Source: Eledone cirrhosa (lineage: Eukaryota). Taken from it: 64,000 nucleotides of DNA. Location: the NCBI GenBank assembly GCA_964016885.1, contig OZ024740.1:287928001-287992000 (forward strand). Reading direction: 5' to 3'. The stretch's first letter is position 1. Each line of letters begins with the position of its first letter. A program made the translations under genes and the position numbers. Below the pieces are notes generated by a model that was not told the origin of the DNA, did not search any database, and saw nothing but the letters and a program-made list of their open reading frames with translations. Positions 1 through 12,681 of the stretch are shown here, piece after piece.

Positions 1-391
1 CCAATAACTATTATACATACTTGTGTGTGTTTTATTTTAACATTCTCATTTTGGGAGTTCCTTTACTACATTAATCATGAAAAGAAAGAAAAAATTCAAA
101 ACAGACTGCTGTGTTTTAAACATTTTACTGGGCTGCCTCATTCCAAATTATAAAAACTATAGACCATTTTACTCTCAATTTAAAAAATTTTTTTTTTTAA
201 AACAAAAACAAAAACAATTAAACAAAACAAAATAAAAATGAAAAAAATCTCTACATTTCTAATATATGTTAAAATTAATGTTAACACTAAATAAAATATA
301 AAACTTTATCAGAAGCTTTTTCCTTACTTCATTTTTTTCATTTCTTTTTCAAAATCTATACCAATATTTTTAATCAAATACAAACATTTTA

Positions 392-592
392 TAAGGGTGG
401 GCTGAAAAGTTCATAGGCTTACTATGAAGGAGTGATTCTAAGGCTGTGAAATCTTGCATGCATTAATTTCAACCCTTCTTATTAATAACTGCATTGTTTC
501 TTTCCAGAGATTATGTTGAAAAAAAAAAAGACTTCAGTTGGTCATGCCATGAGAGTATCTTGGTCAGCCTATGAATTTTCAGCCAACCATGA
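392..592. mobile_element. mariner-type MITE
   Basis: Imperfect terminal inverted repeats ggtgggctgaaaagttcataggct (396-419) / agcctatgaattttcagccaacc (566-588); about 200 bp, non-coding. Confidence 0.7.
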
Positions 593-1565
593 TATTCCAA
601 GTTCAGCTTTGTTTAAAAAGTGATTCAAATGCTTGAAGCATTGATTTATGGCAGGATTCCTTTTTCTAGCAATAGTTACTTAGGCTATTACTAGAGCTTG
701 ATCTATATTTTATGAGTAATTTTTTTTTGTTTAAACATATGATTAAAGATAAAGATCTATTGGTTGAGTTTGGAGATTTGCTTTTACCAATATGGTATAT
801 CAAAATCACATCTCTGTGTGTTGGTAAGGAAATTCAGATTAGCTTATAGTTTTCTTTTTTAAATCTATTCGATTTATTCCATTTTAACTATGGATAAGTT
901 CATTACAAGTGTGACTCAGGTCAACTTACTTCTCTTTTTGCTACTTTCAGCTAAGTATCTCTGATGTCTCCAGTATCTCAATTCTATAAAATATGTAAAG
1001 TATGTTTTGTAAATAAACTATTTTCAGCTTTAACATTAAAATGTGTTTATTATTACCCCAGAAAATATTTCTCATGAAGCTTTTAATATATAAAAAAATA
1101 GCAAAGCTTTCATATGCTTGTTATGTTATCCAGCCTGAAATCAGTCCTGATCAAGCAGATCTATCATCAAAGGCTTTCCACTAATGACTATTTTGTTATC
1201 CAATATGTTCTTCTGATCTTAGAATATATGATCTTCAATTGGTAAGGTTTTTGTTTTTCTCAGCTGTAATGTGTAATTTTCATAAAACATCTTATAGTTA
1301 CTGAATACAGTGTAACCTTATCTACATTATGAAATTGGAGGTTTAGAGTGAATCTCTTCTCAACCTTATGAATTTGACATTCTCTCTTACAGTGAGCTTT
1401 TTTTTTCACAAACCAACCATGGACTACACTAGCCACCAAATGGGGAAGACAGATGTCATCAAGCTGCAGTTGTCATATTATATAGTTTCTGTATAATAAA
1501 ACTTTTATTATCTGCAGTGACTACAACCACATTACATATGTATGTATGTGTGTGTATACATATGT

Positions 1566-3260
1566 CATTATCATCATCGCTTGTTTTACATCCATTTTCC
1601 ATACTTGTCTGGGTTGGATGGGTCTTTTCCAGCACAGCATTCCTCCAATTGTTGTGGTCCTTCATCATCTGAATTGTGAGCTTCAGTGATTTGAGATCAG
1701 CTCTTACAACCTCTGTCCAAATCTTCCTTAGTCTCCCTCTACTGTAGGTCCCTTCCACTGGGATTTTTTGTCACTTTATCCACTGACCATCATCCATACA
1801 CATCACATGACCACACCAATGCAGTCTTCTCTCCTGCACATTACCTCTGAATCCTCTTATATCCAGCTTTTCTTGCCACTCATACATGCTTTGTCATTCA
1901 TACACATTAACATTGTACACCAATTGGAGCATATTCACTTCATTTCTCTCCAGCCTTCGCATATCTTCTGCATTTATAGGCCATGTCTTGCTACCATGCA
2001 ACATCGCACTTCACACACAGGCATCATACAGTCACCCTTTGTTGTAAACTGAGGTAGTAACTCTCTGAACTTCGATGAAGTCTTCCTGGAAAACATTTAT
2101 TTTATTGATGTTCTTGCTACTAAATACCCCTGTTATCTGCCACATAACAAAGTTTATGTTTTCTGTTAGTCTGCCTGCTATCCCACTACATTTCTTGTAT
2201 ACCCAATATTTACATTGTGTACTTTGTATAGAGTTATTACTTACTCCTTTTCTACACATTGAGCAGGCCACTTTCTTGATAGGATCAGGGTCTTGTCTTC
2301 TTCCCTGCTTACCAACACTTTGGTTTTTCCAAAACTGGGATTTCTTCGCTAGCTCTTTAACTGATTTGGCTGATTTCTCATAGATAATCTCATTTAAACT
2401 CCTCTGTTATGATCTGGGGAATTATAAGGAACAGGAATGGGCTGAGAACTGAGCTCTGTTGAACACCTACCCACACATTGAATTCCTCACTAAACCCATT
2501 ACCGACTCTCACCTTACTAACATCTCTGTACATAGCTTGCACTGTTCTCACAGTCCATTCTTCTATGCCTAGTTTCTTTAGTAACCACAAAATAATAGAT
2601 AAACAGAAGCCAGATATAGTGGTTTACATTTAGCTAGGAACTTTTCTTGTAATTGTATCACTAAAAAGAGGCATCTGTGGTGTTCATTCCTGGCACAAAA
2701 CCAAATTGCATCTCATTTAATTTTGCTCTTTCCTTCATTAGTTGTGCTAAGACTCTTTCTGTCACTTTCATTATCTGGGGCATTAATTTCATACTCCTAT
2801 AGTTGCTCCCTTCTAGTGCATCACCTTTTCCTTTGTAGCAATTAGTGAGAACACTACTATTCCAGTCATTGGGTATGACTTCATTTTGTACTACCTCATT
2901 GATTATTTGGGGGACTAGTATGAATCCTATACCCCCAAGAAGATTTCAGAATCTCAAGGATCATTACAGACAGCAACCATAACATATTTTGTCTCCTTGA
3001 TTACTTCTTTGATTACTTCTTTGATTACTTCTTTGATCCTATAACTGTCAATTTCAATAGCCGGTCCCTTTGTTGAGTCAGCAGGAGAAGTCTCTCTCCT
3101 CCCACTCATTCTCCACATTCATCAACCTCTCGCAATGGCCTTTCCAGGCCTCTTTCTTTTGGGTGTCAGTAATGCTAAGTGCACCAGTATGTTTGGCATT
3201 GTGTAGGGCATCCAGCTGTAGCAATATGGAACATATGAGCAAAACAAGGTCATTCTGATC
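1566..3260 (-). mobile_element. Decayed RTE-clade LINE (RT fragments, 3' end with (CAT)n-type tract near 1566)
   Basis: Minus-strand fragments LKKLGIEEWTVRTVQAMY..SEEFNVWVGVQQSSVLSPFLF (RT), CSMCRKGVSNNSIQSTQC and EGTYSRGRLRKIWTEVV, typical of RTE ORF2; many stops and frameshifts. Confidence 0.8.
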
Positions 3261-3342
3261 CCGCTTGACTTTGACCGTAAAAACCTATCCAACCTATGCT
3301 AGCATGGAACAAAATATAAATTGACGATGATGATGATGATAT

Positions 3343-3960
3343 ATGAGGCAGTATAAAAAAGTTTCCGGATTAGTTCTGTAGCGCGCAGATGGCAAAACTT
3401 GGTTGCATGTGCAGTGAGAGCTAGCAGTGTCCTGAGTGACATTGCTGTGTTCACTTCGCAAGTTGTGAGATTTTTCTGTTTTTGTGATCATGTATGCTGT
3501 AGCCTGCAATTTTGTGATGAACAAGAAGTTGGAACAAAGAGCGAACATGAAATTTTGCATTCAACTTGGGAAGTCTGCTACAGAGTACATTGAGCATGCT
3601 TCGGCAAGCTTACAGTGACGAGGCAATGGGTCGTACATGATGTTTCAAGTGGCATGGGTGCTTCAAAAGTGAAAGAACGTCTCTGGAAAATGATGAATGA
3701 TCTGGAAGGCCCTCCATGAGTGCCACCCCTGGAAATGTGGAGAAAATTTAAGCAGCTTGTGCATGAGGATTGTCGAAGGGCAATCAACGATATTTCTGAT
3801 GTTGTTGGTCTGTTGTATGGGTCCATGCATGCAATCCTTGTGTCTGAATTGAATATGTGGCATGTTGCTGCCAATTTTGTCCCCCGCCTGCTGACCACTG
3901 AGTTGAAAGAACATCACATCGAAGTTTGTCAAGATTTCTGTTAGTCTGCTGTTGATGACT
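3343..3960 (+). mobile_element. Decayed mariner transposon (TIR and N-terminal HTH part of transposase)
   Basis: tatgaggcagtataaaaaagtttccgga TIR-like start; frameshifted EQRANMKFCIQLGKSATE and VHEDCRRAINDISDVVGL..ILVSELNMWHVAANFVPRLLT, matching the mariner N-terminus (WVPHxL-like motif). Confidence 0.8.
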
Positions 3961-4289
3961 CATGTCTGGGCCACATGAGTTTGTAGCCCAGCTCCCTCAA
4001 ATGTCTTGAACATCATAAGTTGAAAAACATATCGAGCTAATGAAGGACATCTTTACATAGTTGATTGACTTTCTTAAAACAGCAGCTAAGTTTTCATAAA
4101 AATACACCCTACCATCTTAGAAAAGGAAAAGTATATTGTATACAATTTGAAAAAGAAAAAATTTAATTAAAGATGCGTTGCATATTGAATGCTTTTGATC
4201 CTACATTTGCTCAACCAGGGCTGATGTGAGGCCAAGCAACAACAACTCAATAAATTAAACTATTTGGCTTGTCTATTGTATTTATTTGC

Positions 4290-5510
4290 CCAATTATTCC
4301 TGAAAGGGTCGTGGGGGCAGAGTCCTCAAATGCTCCTTCCAGCAGGTCCTGTCAAAAGCAACTGTCTCCAACTGATCTGGCTGGATCCCCAAGCAAGACC
4401 AGCCAAGCTCATGGATGTTATCCAACCATCTTGTTTGGGGTCTACCCGTGGGTCTCCTGCTGGTTGGTTTTGCCCATAAAATTTGTCCAGTGATTCTTTC
4501 CTGAGACATTCTTACCACATGTCCATAGTATTGGAGCTGTGATCTCTCAATTCGGAGAAGTAGCAGCTCCACCTGGGGTGACTCTCTGATCTCCAAGACA
4601 CACACTTTATCAAGTAACGTTACTCCAAAGAAACTTTGTAGGAATCCCATTTCAGTCATTACCCAAGATTCATGACCATAGGTTGGCACGAATACCGAAT
4701 TGAAGATAGTGAGTTTGGCTCTTATACGTACCTCCCTTCTCCTGATTACTGAATGCTGAAGCTGGCACATTACTGCACCAGCTCCTGCAATTCTTGCACT
4801 TAATTCAGCTTCCTGCCTTCCATCACTCGTGAACACGGCCCCAAGATACTCCTGGTTCAGTGGAACTCCATTTACATGTAGGGTGCACTGTGCAGGCTTC
4901 CTGAGGACTAGTGTCTCAGTTTTTGCAGCAATGATTTTCATTCCAGTCATGCAGCACACGGCATCAAACCTATCATGTGCAAGTCAGAGATCATCTGTTG
5001 AGTTAAGTAACACCATGTCATCTGAAAATTCCAGCTGACTGATTTTTACACCAACCAGTCATGATACCACTTCCAATCCTGTTCATGTAAATAATGAACA
5101 GGAGAGGTGACAGTACACACATTTGGCAGAGCCCCACTCTCACATTGAATGGTTTCGATTTACACCATTTATCTGAACATGAATACTCGAACATTCGTAT
5201 AGAGACATCAGGCAGCAAGAAACTGACCATCAATCCCATACTCCTACACAGCCTTCCACAGCAGTTACCGAGGAACGCGGTCATATGCCTTCTCAAGGTC
5301 GACAAAACAAGACTATACTTCTTGGCAATACTCCCATCATTTCTCAAATACTTGCCACAGTGTGAATATTCGATCAGCTGTGCTGCATCTGGGGCAAAAA
5401 CCACACTGTTCATCGCAACTAGCTATCATATCTGGTAGCCGTATCATTATCCACCACCTACGACCCGTTCTCTAGTAGAACAGTTCTGCCGAGAAGCTAT
5501 TGTAGTTAGC
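4290..5510 (-). mobile_element. 5'-truncated RTE-clade LINE (RT and C-terminal region)
   Basis: SKPFNVRVGLCQMCVLSPLLFIIYMNR; YLGAVFTSDGRQEAELSARI; TYGHESWVMT; RRPTGRPQTRWLDNI; nucleotide similarity to 55190-55790. Confidence 0.85.
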
Positions 5511-5927
5511 TGGAACAATTGTTACATGTTACAGTCTCTTATAGATGTTTTCTTGGTCATTTATATTTTAGATCTTATATCCAGAAAGTTTTTTATTTTT
5601 ATTTATTTATTTTTTTTTTTTACAAATTTAAATCCTTATTAATTTATTTAAAATCTAATTTCGCTTTTAGCCAGAAACCGTACTTGGTTGTTCCAGTTTC
5701 TCAGCTTTGCTATTACGCTCAGTAATGACATGAGTGCTTTGGGTTGCTTGAAAAGTTCCTGATGTTTGCAACTGTGGAAGCTTTTTTGAAAACTATTTTT
5801 AAACGTTATTTTTTAAAAAATTTTGTGAGAAATCTGGTGTGGATAAAGGTACGATTAAAAAAAAAGTATTATATATATATATATATACGATATTAACAAA
5901 TGGAAACTATATTTATAAAACCATATC

Positions 5928-5992
5928 TATTTTATTATACATATTTCAAGGATACCATGTTAAATTATGGTATGCTTTCATCAGACAAAATA
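5928..5992 (-). ncRNA. Type I hammerhead ribozyme (family A)
   Basis: Reverse complement of the 6068-6132 motif. Confidence 0.75.
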
Positions 5993-6067
5993 CAATATAT
6001 ACCAGTTTTATAAATAAATATTGACATACCCTTTCAAAATGCAACCGTTTAAAACTGGTATATATTG

Positions 6068-6132
6068 TATTTTGTCTGATGAAAGCATACCATAATTTAA
6101 CATGGTATCCTTGAAATATGTATAATAAAATA
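6068..6132 (+). ncRNA. Type I hammerhead ribozyme (family A)
   Basis: tattttgt CTGATGA aagcataccat-aatttaac-atggtatcctt GAAA tatgta TA ataaaata; predicted cleavage after 6124. Confidence 0.75.
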
Positions 6133-6259
6133 GATATGGTTTTATAAATATAGTTTCCATTTGTTAATATCGTATATTTACTCCAAATACTTGTCGAGTG
6201 CTTTATATCAGTTATAAAAATATTTGCTTGTTGTATCCCAACAATTTAAATAGAACTTT

Positions 6260-6303
<44 letters not shown>

Positions 6304-6853
6304 ATAAGTCGCAGGTCTTCAAACGAACATACGACGTGAAAAACTTAAATCGAAATATAGGTAAATGTAAATAGTGTAAAAGTTACCTTTTACAGTTACG
6401 TCCCTTGGAGTTAAATTCTGTAGATACAAGACTAAATAAATATTGATTTGTTACTTTAGAACAAGCTTGCAAATTGTATAGTTAATTGAATCAATCCAGT
6501 ATATAACTAATATTTATTTTATTAACTCTTTAAAGGATGAACAGCAAAGTGATTATTGGCGGCATTTGAAAGAATATCAACAAAGGAGATAACTAACAAG
6601 TCATTTTGTCTGACATTGCCGTTTCTGTTACTCACTACCTTCGGCTGGATAAATATCGGAGGAACAATATTTTTGAAATAAACTTTTGAAGTTCTGAACA
6701 GAATTTCTACAGATGATTACACTGAAATGTTATGTGATTTTTCAATAGTTAAAAAAGTAAAGAATTGGAATAATCATAACCTAGAGGAATCTTTAATTAT
6801 CAACTATTGTTGCTAGCCTTGTGCCTATAAAAGAAACCATTATTTTTAATAAG

Positions 6854-7040
6854 GGCGGTGGATTGGCAGTATCGGTAGAGGGTCGGACGCCATGCTTTCA
6901 AGCATAGTTACGTCCCTTTATGATCTGAGTTCAAATCCCGCCGAGGTTGACTTTGCCTTTCATCCTTACGGGGTCGATAAAATAAAGTACCAGTAATGCA
7001 CTGGATAATTGCTGGCCTTGTGCCTAAAGTAGAAACAATT
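6854..7040 (+). mobile_element. tRNA-derived SINE with Meta-like central domain, full length
   Basis: A box tggcagtatcggtaga, B box gagttcaaatcc, central gcctttcatccttacggggtcgataaaataaagtacc; TSD attatttttaataag (6839-6853 / 7038-7052). Confidence 0.9.
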
Positions 7041-7533
7041 ATTTTTAATAAGAGTATTACGTTCCTAATATGATACGAACCAATATAATTAAAAAATGAA
7101 TACTTTATTGGCTGATCTATGTTGTGTTGTCTCAATGGTCAATATACTTAAATCTTGACGTAGCTACTCACAGGTCCCAAATAATAGAGGTGATCGGTAA
7201 TTTTTCTAGGTTGTCTCCCTTGATTTAAAAAAAACAACAGAATTAGTCGTTTAGTTTACATATTGAGACTCCAACCCATCCTATTTATTTTATAGCTTAT
7301 GGAATTTCTAGTAACGTTCTTTTTTGTCACGTATAATGTTTTCTAATGTCTAAAGAAAACTGTGACAGGAATGCTTCCACTTAAAATAAAATTTTGGCGG
7401 AGATAGGTTAATAAAATTTAATAAGAGCAGGTGGGTTGGAAAAAACTTGAAAAATTAGTAAGCGAGGGTGGGGTTGGGGACATTTACTCGAAACAGGAAA
7501 GTATAAAGAGAAGATGAAAATCAAAATTAATGC

Positions 7534-7536
<3 letters not shown>

Positions 7537-7625
<89 letters not shown>

Positions 7626-7626
7626 T
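7537..7626. repeat. (CT)n microsatellite; representative of dozens of (TA)n, (CA)n, (CT)n and (CATA)n tracts in the window
   Basis: Direct inspection. Confidence 0.95.
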
Positions 7627-7764
7627 ACTGTTTACTAATTTAATATAATTATAATAATAATGAAATTATTGTGTAAAGTGCTCAGGTGCACCACAACTCG
7701 TCTATGTACTAATATAGTACATAGAATAATACACAAATGTCAGGGAAGTACATGTGTGTATGTG

Positions 7765-8982
7765 TTAGCTGTAGTGTTGGCGGATCTCGGGAAGCATGGA
7801 GGCTTTAAAGGATGCAGTGTCTCGACAGCTAACAACTGATGCAGGTAGTTTGTTCCATGCTTCAGCAACTCTGAGCGTGAAAAAATGTTTCAGAAAGTCA
7901 TGGGAACTGTGCTGTTTTCTTACTTTGTGGGCATGTCCACGTGTGTTAGACACATGGAAATCAAAAAGGTACTCAGGGTTGTTGTTGGCAACATGGTTAA
8001 CAATTTTGTGGGTGTTTACCAAGTCAGTTGCCAGGCGTCGGAGCTTCAATGAATCCATGCCCAGGGAAGCAAGGCGCTCAGAGTATGGTAGATGCCTGAT
8101 GGAGGGTATTCGCTTGGTTGCACGTCTCTGAACAGTTTCCAGGCGGTCAATGTCCTGAGCAAGATAGGGGTTCCAGACTGGTGATGCAAATTCTAAGTGT
8201 GGTCGCACCATAGCTGTATACAGCCTTAAATAGATATCTGGAGAGCGGCTGACAAAGGTCTTGCTGAGTGATGCTAAGACACCCTCGGCCTTCTTGACAA
8301 TTTTAGAGACGTGCCTCGTCCAACGCAAATCGCTGCTGACCGTAATGCCCAGGTCACGTTCACAGGAAGACTTCTTGATATTAGTGCTGTGGAGGGAGTA
8401 TGTGGACGCTGGGTTTTTACTCCCAAAATGCATGGTGGTGCACTTGTCCACAGCTAGCTTGAGTTGCCAGTCTGAGATCCATTGTTGCATTGTGTCCAGG
8501 TCAGACTGCAAGCAAGATCTATAGTGTTCAGGATCTGTCCTTTTTATCTCAAGGTACAGCTTGATGTCGTCTGCGTACTTTAGTACTGTGGCATTCCTTA
8601 CGTTGGCATCTATGTCATTAATATATGCCACAAACAAAAGGAGGCCAAGAACAGATCCCTGTGGTACACCAGATGACATCTCATATGGTGAGGAATGCTG
8701 TCCCAGAACCGTGACTACCTCTCTTCGACTGAGAATGAAGGACTTCAACCAGTTAAAAAGATCATCCTTCACACCCATTGCAGAGAGTTTTGCTATAAGC
8801 CTTTTGTGTGGCACAGAATTGAAGGCCTTCGCAAAGTCAAGGTAAACAACATCCACCCATGAGCCGCCATCAGTGATCCGGGTGATGTCCTCAAGAAACT
8901 CTATAAGTTGATCACAGCAGCTGGAGTTGGGGATAAATCCAAATTGCGAGGGCCGGATAAGACTGTGAGAGCTCCAGAAGTT
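7765..8982 (-). CDS. Reverse transcriptase ORF2 of a 5'-truncated CR1-clade LINE (element about 7645-8982)
   Basis: Uninterrupted ~400 aa with QFGF, VDVVYLDFAKAFNSVPH, SGVPQGSVLG, YADD, ERDLG, LYTAMVRPHLEFASPVW, LETVQRRATK, TRGH, FFTLRVAEAWNKLP; short 3' UTR and (TAA)-like tail. Confidence 0.92.
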   Translation of the reverse strand, partial: NFWSSHSLIRPSQFGFIPNSSCCDQLIEFLEDITRITDGGSWVDVVYLDFAKAFNSVPHKRLIAKLSAMGVKDDLFNWLKSFILSRREVVTVLGQHSSPYEMSSGVPQGSVLGLLLFVAYINDIDANVRNATVLKYADDIKLYLEIKRTDPEHYRSCLQSDLDTMQQWISDWQLKLAVDKCTTMHFGSKNPASTYSLHSTNIKKSSCERDLGITVSSDLRWTRHVSKIVKKAEGVLASLSKTFVSRSPDIYLRLYTAMVRPHLEFASPVWNPYLAQDIDRLETVQRRATKRIPSIRHLPYSERLASLGMDSLKLRRLATDLVNTHKIVNHVANNNPEYLFDFHVSNTRGHAHKVRKQHSSHDFLKHFFTLRVAEAWNKLPASVVSCRDTASFKASMLPEIRQHYS

Positions 8983-9955
8983 CCAAGTGTTTCCCTTATA
9001 ATATAAATTATAATTAATTATTAGGTTAAACATTAGATCAAACAATATATCTTCAAATAATTAGAACTCTTTAAATTAATAAACGTTAGAGTTATCTTTT
9101 CTTTTAATAAAAGCTTGTTTACATTTCGCCTATACGAGACATTCAAACTTTACATAAATATTTAAATCTAAATTTATATACTTAACCTTATACAATAATA
9201 GATTATATATAAAATTATACATCTTCTCTATAAAAATATAATTATTTTCACATTCTTAAGCTATATATAGAAAATGCATATATATCTTCTCTCGGCATAT
9301 CCTATCTATTTTCATAAGTAAACAAAATCTATATTTACGCATAACTATTTATATCATAATCTATATACTAAATAAATGTTTTAATAACGCTATACAATAA
9401 TGTCTTATACTACAATACACTATATTTATAACTGCACTCATCATAATATTGAAATACACCCGTAAAATACATCCAATAGTATATATAAATACAGGGTATC
9501 TTTCACATATTAAATTAATAGTTCTCATTTTAATACATTAATTTATAGTTCTCACCTTAATATTATAAATACTTCCGCATTATAAAATTAAATAAATAAA
9601 AATAAATATAATTATTTCATTCTTTCTATACCCATGTAAATATCTTTGGATGTATATATGCTTATTTCTATAAATATTCCGAAAGTAACTTTAAATATTT
9701 TGTTCTTCAATTTTAATAGCAAACTTCTTTTAAAAAACAACTTAGATAATTATTTAAAATATATCGTCTAAACGTATATATCGTCTAAACTAATTATTTA
9801 AAATATAGCGTCTAAACTTAACGGTCCTTTTCAGTTTTAACGTTATCCTCATTAGCTTATTTATTCTGAGATTTGAATATTTATTCACTATCCACAACGA
9901 ACTCATAACATTAAGTTCATATGAGGATATGTCACTATCTTTAAACCAAATATTG

Positions 9956-10016
9956 TATTTTATCTGACGAAAGCATACCAAAATATTGGTACCCTTGAAA
10001 TATGTATAATAAAATA
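9956..10016 (+). ncRNA. Type I hammerhead ribozyme (family A)
   Basis: tattttat CTGACGA aagcataccaa-aata-ttggtaccctt GAAA tatgta TA ataaaata; followed by the family A tail and a TG/TA tract. Confidence 0.75.
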
Positions 10017-10178
10017 AATATGCTTTTATAAAGATATATTCCATTTATTAATATTACTGATATTAATTATACTACAGAAATCTGTTGAGTGCTTCTAATC
10101 TGTTATAAATTAACTTTGTTGAATAATCAACAAAACAAATAACTCATTGTGTGTGTATATATATATATATATATATAC

Positions 10179-10485
10179 ATGATGGCTGCAAACTCTGCTA
10201 GGAGTACTGCAATCGCTTGTCAGATTACAGAGTTTGGTGCACTTTTAGGCTACGACCAAATTTGTAACATTCTAAACAAGCACTGCCTGTGCTTTGAAGG
10301 TTTTTAAGTGGGGAAAGGCCTTGCACTCGACCAATCCCACTCTCTAAGCCTCTAAAACACTACCCGAAAAGGCGAACTGGTCAACATCATCAGATGCTTC
10401 CGAAGCCGCAGGTTTTTTTTCAGAGTTTCCCTCTCCTAGAAAGGTGTTGTGACAACAACTGGGAGCCTTTCACTCCGTGGTTAAA
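10179..10485. repeat. Interspersed repeat family Y (other copies 24263-24526, 27038-27325)
   Basis: Shared terminus ATGRTGGCTGC next to a microsatellite and shared internal GTGC..TGAAG..TTT..AGTG.G.AAAG.C..TGCAC block. Confidence 0.6.
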
Positions 10486-10867
10486 AAAAAAGAAAAAAAG
10501 TACTATTTGGATGGCCGTTGACTCTGTTGAATTCCTTCGCCCTTTGCCGGATCTTGTATTTCATCCAGCAGGGTGTCCAAATATCACGCTCCTCACAAAG
10601 CAGCTTGGTGGGGATTGCCGGTTTAGTCGCCGACGACCCAACCATGAGACAGGTTGTACTGGGTTACATTTTACCAGTAGCACTCGAGAGCGACCTGACA
10701 TATATACATATATACACATACATGCATACACACACACACATATATATATATGTATACATGATGTCTACATCTCGATTTCCAGAATTGCCATTACTTAATC
10801 TTTTTCTCACACAAGGGAGACACGAACATGACTTTATGGTCATTCCAAGGATTTACATTCCTTTCTG

Positions 10868-10979
<112 letters not shown>

Positions 10980-11035
10980 ACATTTCGCTCTACATGGGTG
11001 AATACAATAAATGTAATCTGAGTTTTTCGAATATT

Positions 11036-11187
11036 AATAATTGTTTCTACTTTTTGGCACAAGGACAGCAATTATCCCAGTCAGTGTATTACTGGTACTT
11101 TCTTTTATCGACCCCGTAAGGATGAAAGGCAAAGTTAACCTTGGCAGGATTTGAACTCAGTCCGTAAAGGGACGTAACTGTGCTGCA
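11036..11187 (-). mobile_element. tRNA-derived SINE, 5'-truncated
   Basis: Matches the reverse complement of 6854-7040. Confidence 0.85.
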
Positions 11188-11290
11188 AATAACATTCGAT
11201 TCGTTTGCAATTATGCAAACAAGCCTCAATTTTATACCCATGTCAGTAGAATGAACACTTCATTCTTGTTCTTATGTTGGCATGCGAACA

Positions 11291-11340
11291 GAACTGCAGA
11301 CACTAATGTTTCTGGATATCATCCTTCATCAGTACAACTC
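11291..11340 (-). ncRNA. Type I hammerhead ribozyme
   Basis: Minus strand: gagttgta CTGATGA aggat-gat-atcca GAAA ca-ttag-tg TC tgcagttc; GUC triplet. Confidence 0.7.
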
Positions 11341-11477
11341 ACTGTTCACCTGCCAAACTGTCAGAGCTAGTGAAAATATATGCTATTTTTAAAAAATACA
11401 CAGTGACTGATCGGCCTGATTTGCATAATTGTAAACGAATCGAATGTTATTATTAATATTCGAAAAACTCAGATTAC

Positions 11478-11545
<68 letters not shown>

Positions 11546-11616
11546 ATCTAAGGCGGGTAAAATTCCCGAGATCCATGGACGAGTTCTCTCCAGCGGTCTC
11601 TGTCCCTCATTATCGC

Positions 11617-11678
<62 letters not shown>

Positions 11679-11797
11679 TTCAAGGAAACGGTAAAACAGA
11701 GATACAAAAAGTCTCATTAGTTTCACACTTTATATGGAAAAGGGGAAAGAAAGTTTGACGTGTCGGCTTTTAGCCCTTCTTCGGGAGTACAAAAAAC

Positions 11798-11851
<54 letters not shown>

Positions 11852-12302
11852 GTGGTCTACCTTTCGTGGTAGGGTCTATATCGTAGTTAGAACTCAATGT
11901 AATACGTTACACAGAACAAAAGAGAGACAAATAATTTTTTCGTAAAGGAAAAATATTTTTTTCTTTGATAGCGAGGCTCCCATATGTTTATTGTGTATAA
12001 ACATATAGTATATTCTTTCATATACACCCCTATGCATACATACATACACACACATCAAAAGCATGTAATCCCACATCACCAATAAACGCAAAAGCGTTGC
12101 ACCTAACGGGTGCTCATGCAGAAGTCTAGAGGCATGCACCTCTGGGCCAACAGTACAACACTATAGACCGCATGTTGTTAAAATCGTTTTAACGATATAA
12201 TGGTATTTTGTACTTTATTGGAACTTATCCAAAGACGATTTCTCTGATGATTAGTTTCGCATCTTCCGTAACTTTTCCACCTTAAAGTATGTACTTTTCC
12301 TA

Positions 12303-12422
<120 letters not shown>

Positions 12423-12558
12423 GGTAATTCCGAAGAAAAAGCAAAGGATGTATATTTTCCGAAAAAGCAAAAAATGTATATTTTCCGTTATTTTTCCAGC
12501 CTCACTTCCAACTTTTAACAGATTTTAAATCTCATTTCTTATTTTCTATTTATAACAT

Positions 12559-12626
12559 CTCTGTCTGATGAACGATCCAGACGTATATTAATATTGTCTA
12601 GGATCCAGAAACCTTTGGTAATGGAG
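12559..12626 (+). ncRNA. Type I hammerhead ribozyme
   Basis: ctctgt CTGATGA acgatccagac..gtctaggatcca GAAA cc-ttt-gg TA atggag; lies just upstream of a PLE RT. Confidence 0.7.
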
Positions 12627-12681
12627 TAGTTATATATTGTGTTGTTAACTTTCTAACTTTCTAACTGAATATATATATATT

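Larger units (their letters stand above)
5883..6262 (+). mobile_element. Non-coding fold-back HHR mini-element (family A, PLE pLTR-like)
   Basis: About 128-bp inverted arms 5883-6010 / 6050-6177 plus an ~85-nt tail; (TA)n on both sides. Confidence 0.8.

Noticed and set aside
740-1250. Possible host exons ending in G|GTAAG (~822 and ~1241)
   Set aside because: Only splice-like motifs; no recognisable protein and no way to confirm without RNA data
5671-5762. Possible terminal exon after ttttag (RNRTWLFQFLSF...)
   Set aside because: Short and unrecognisable, compatible with chance
6854-6950. tRNA gene
   Set aside because: The A and B boxes belong to a multi-copy SINE head; no cloverleaf
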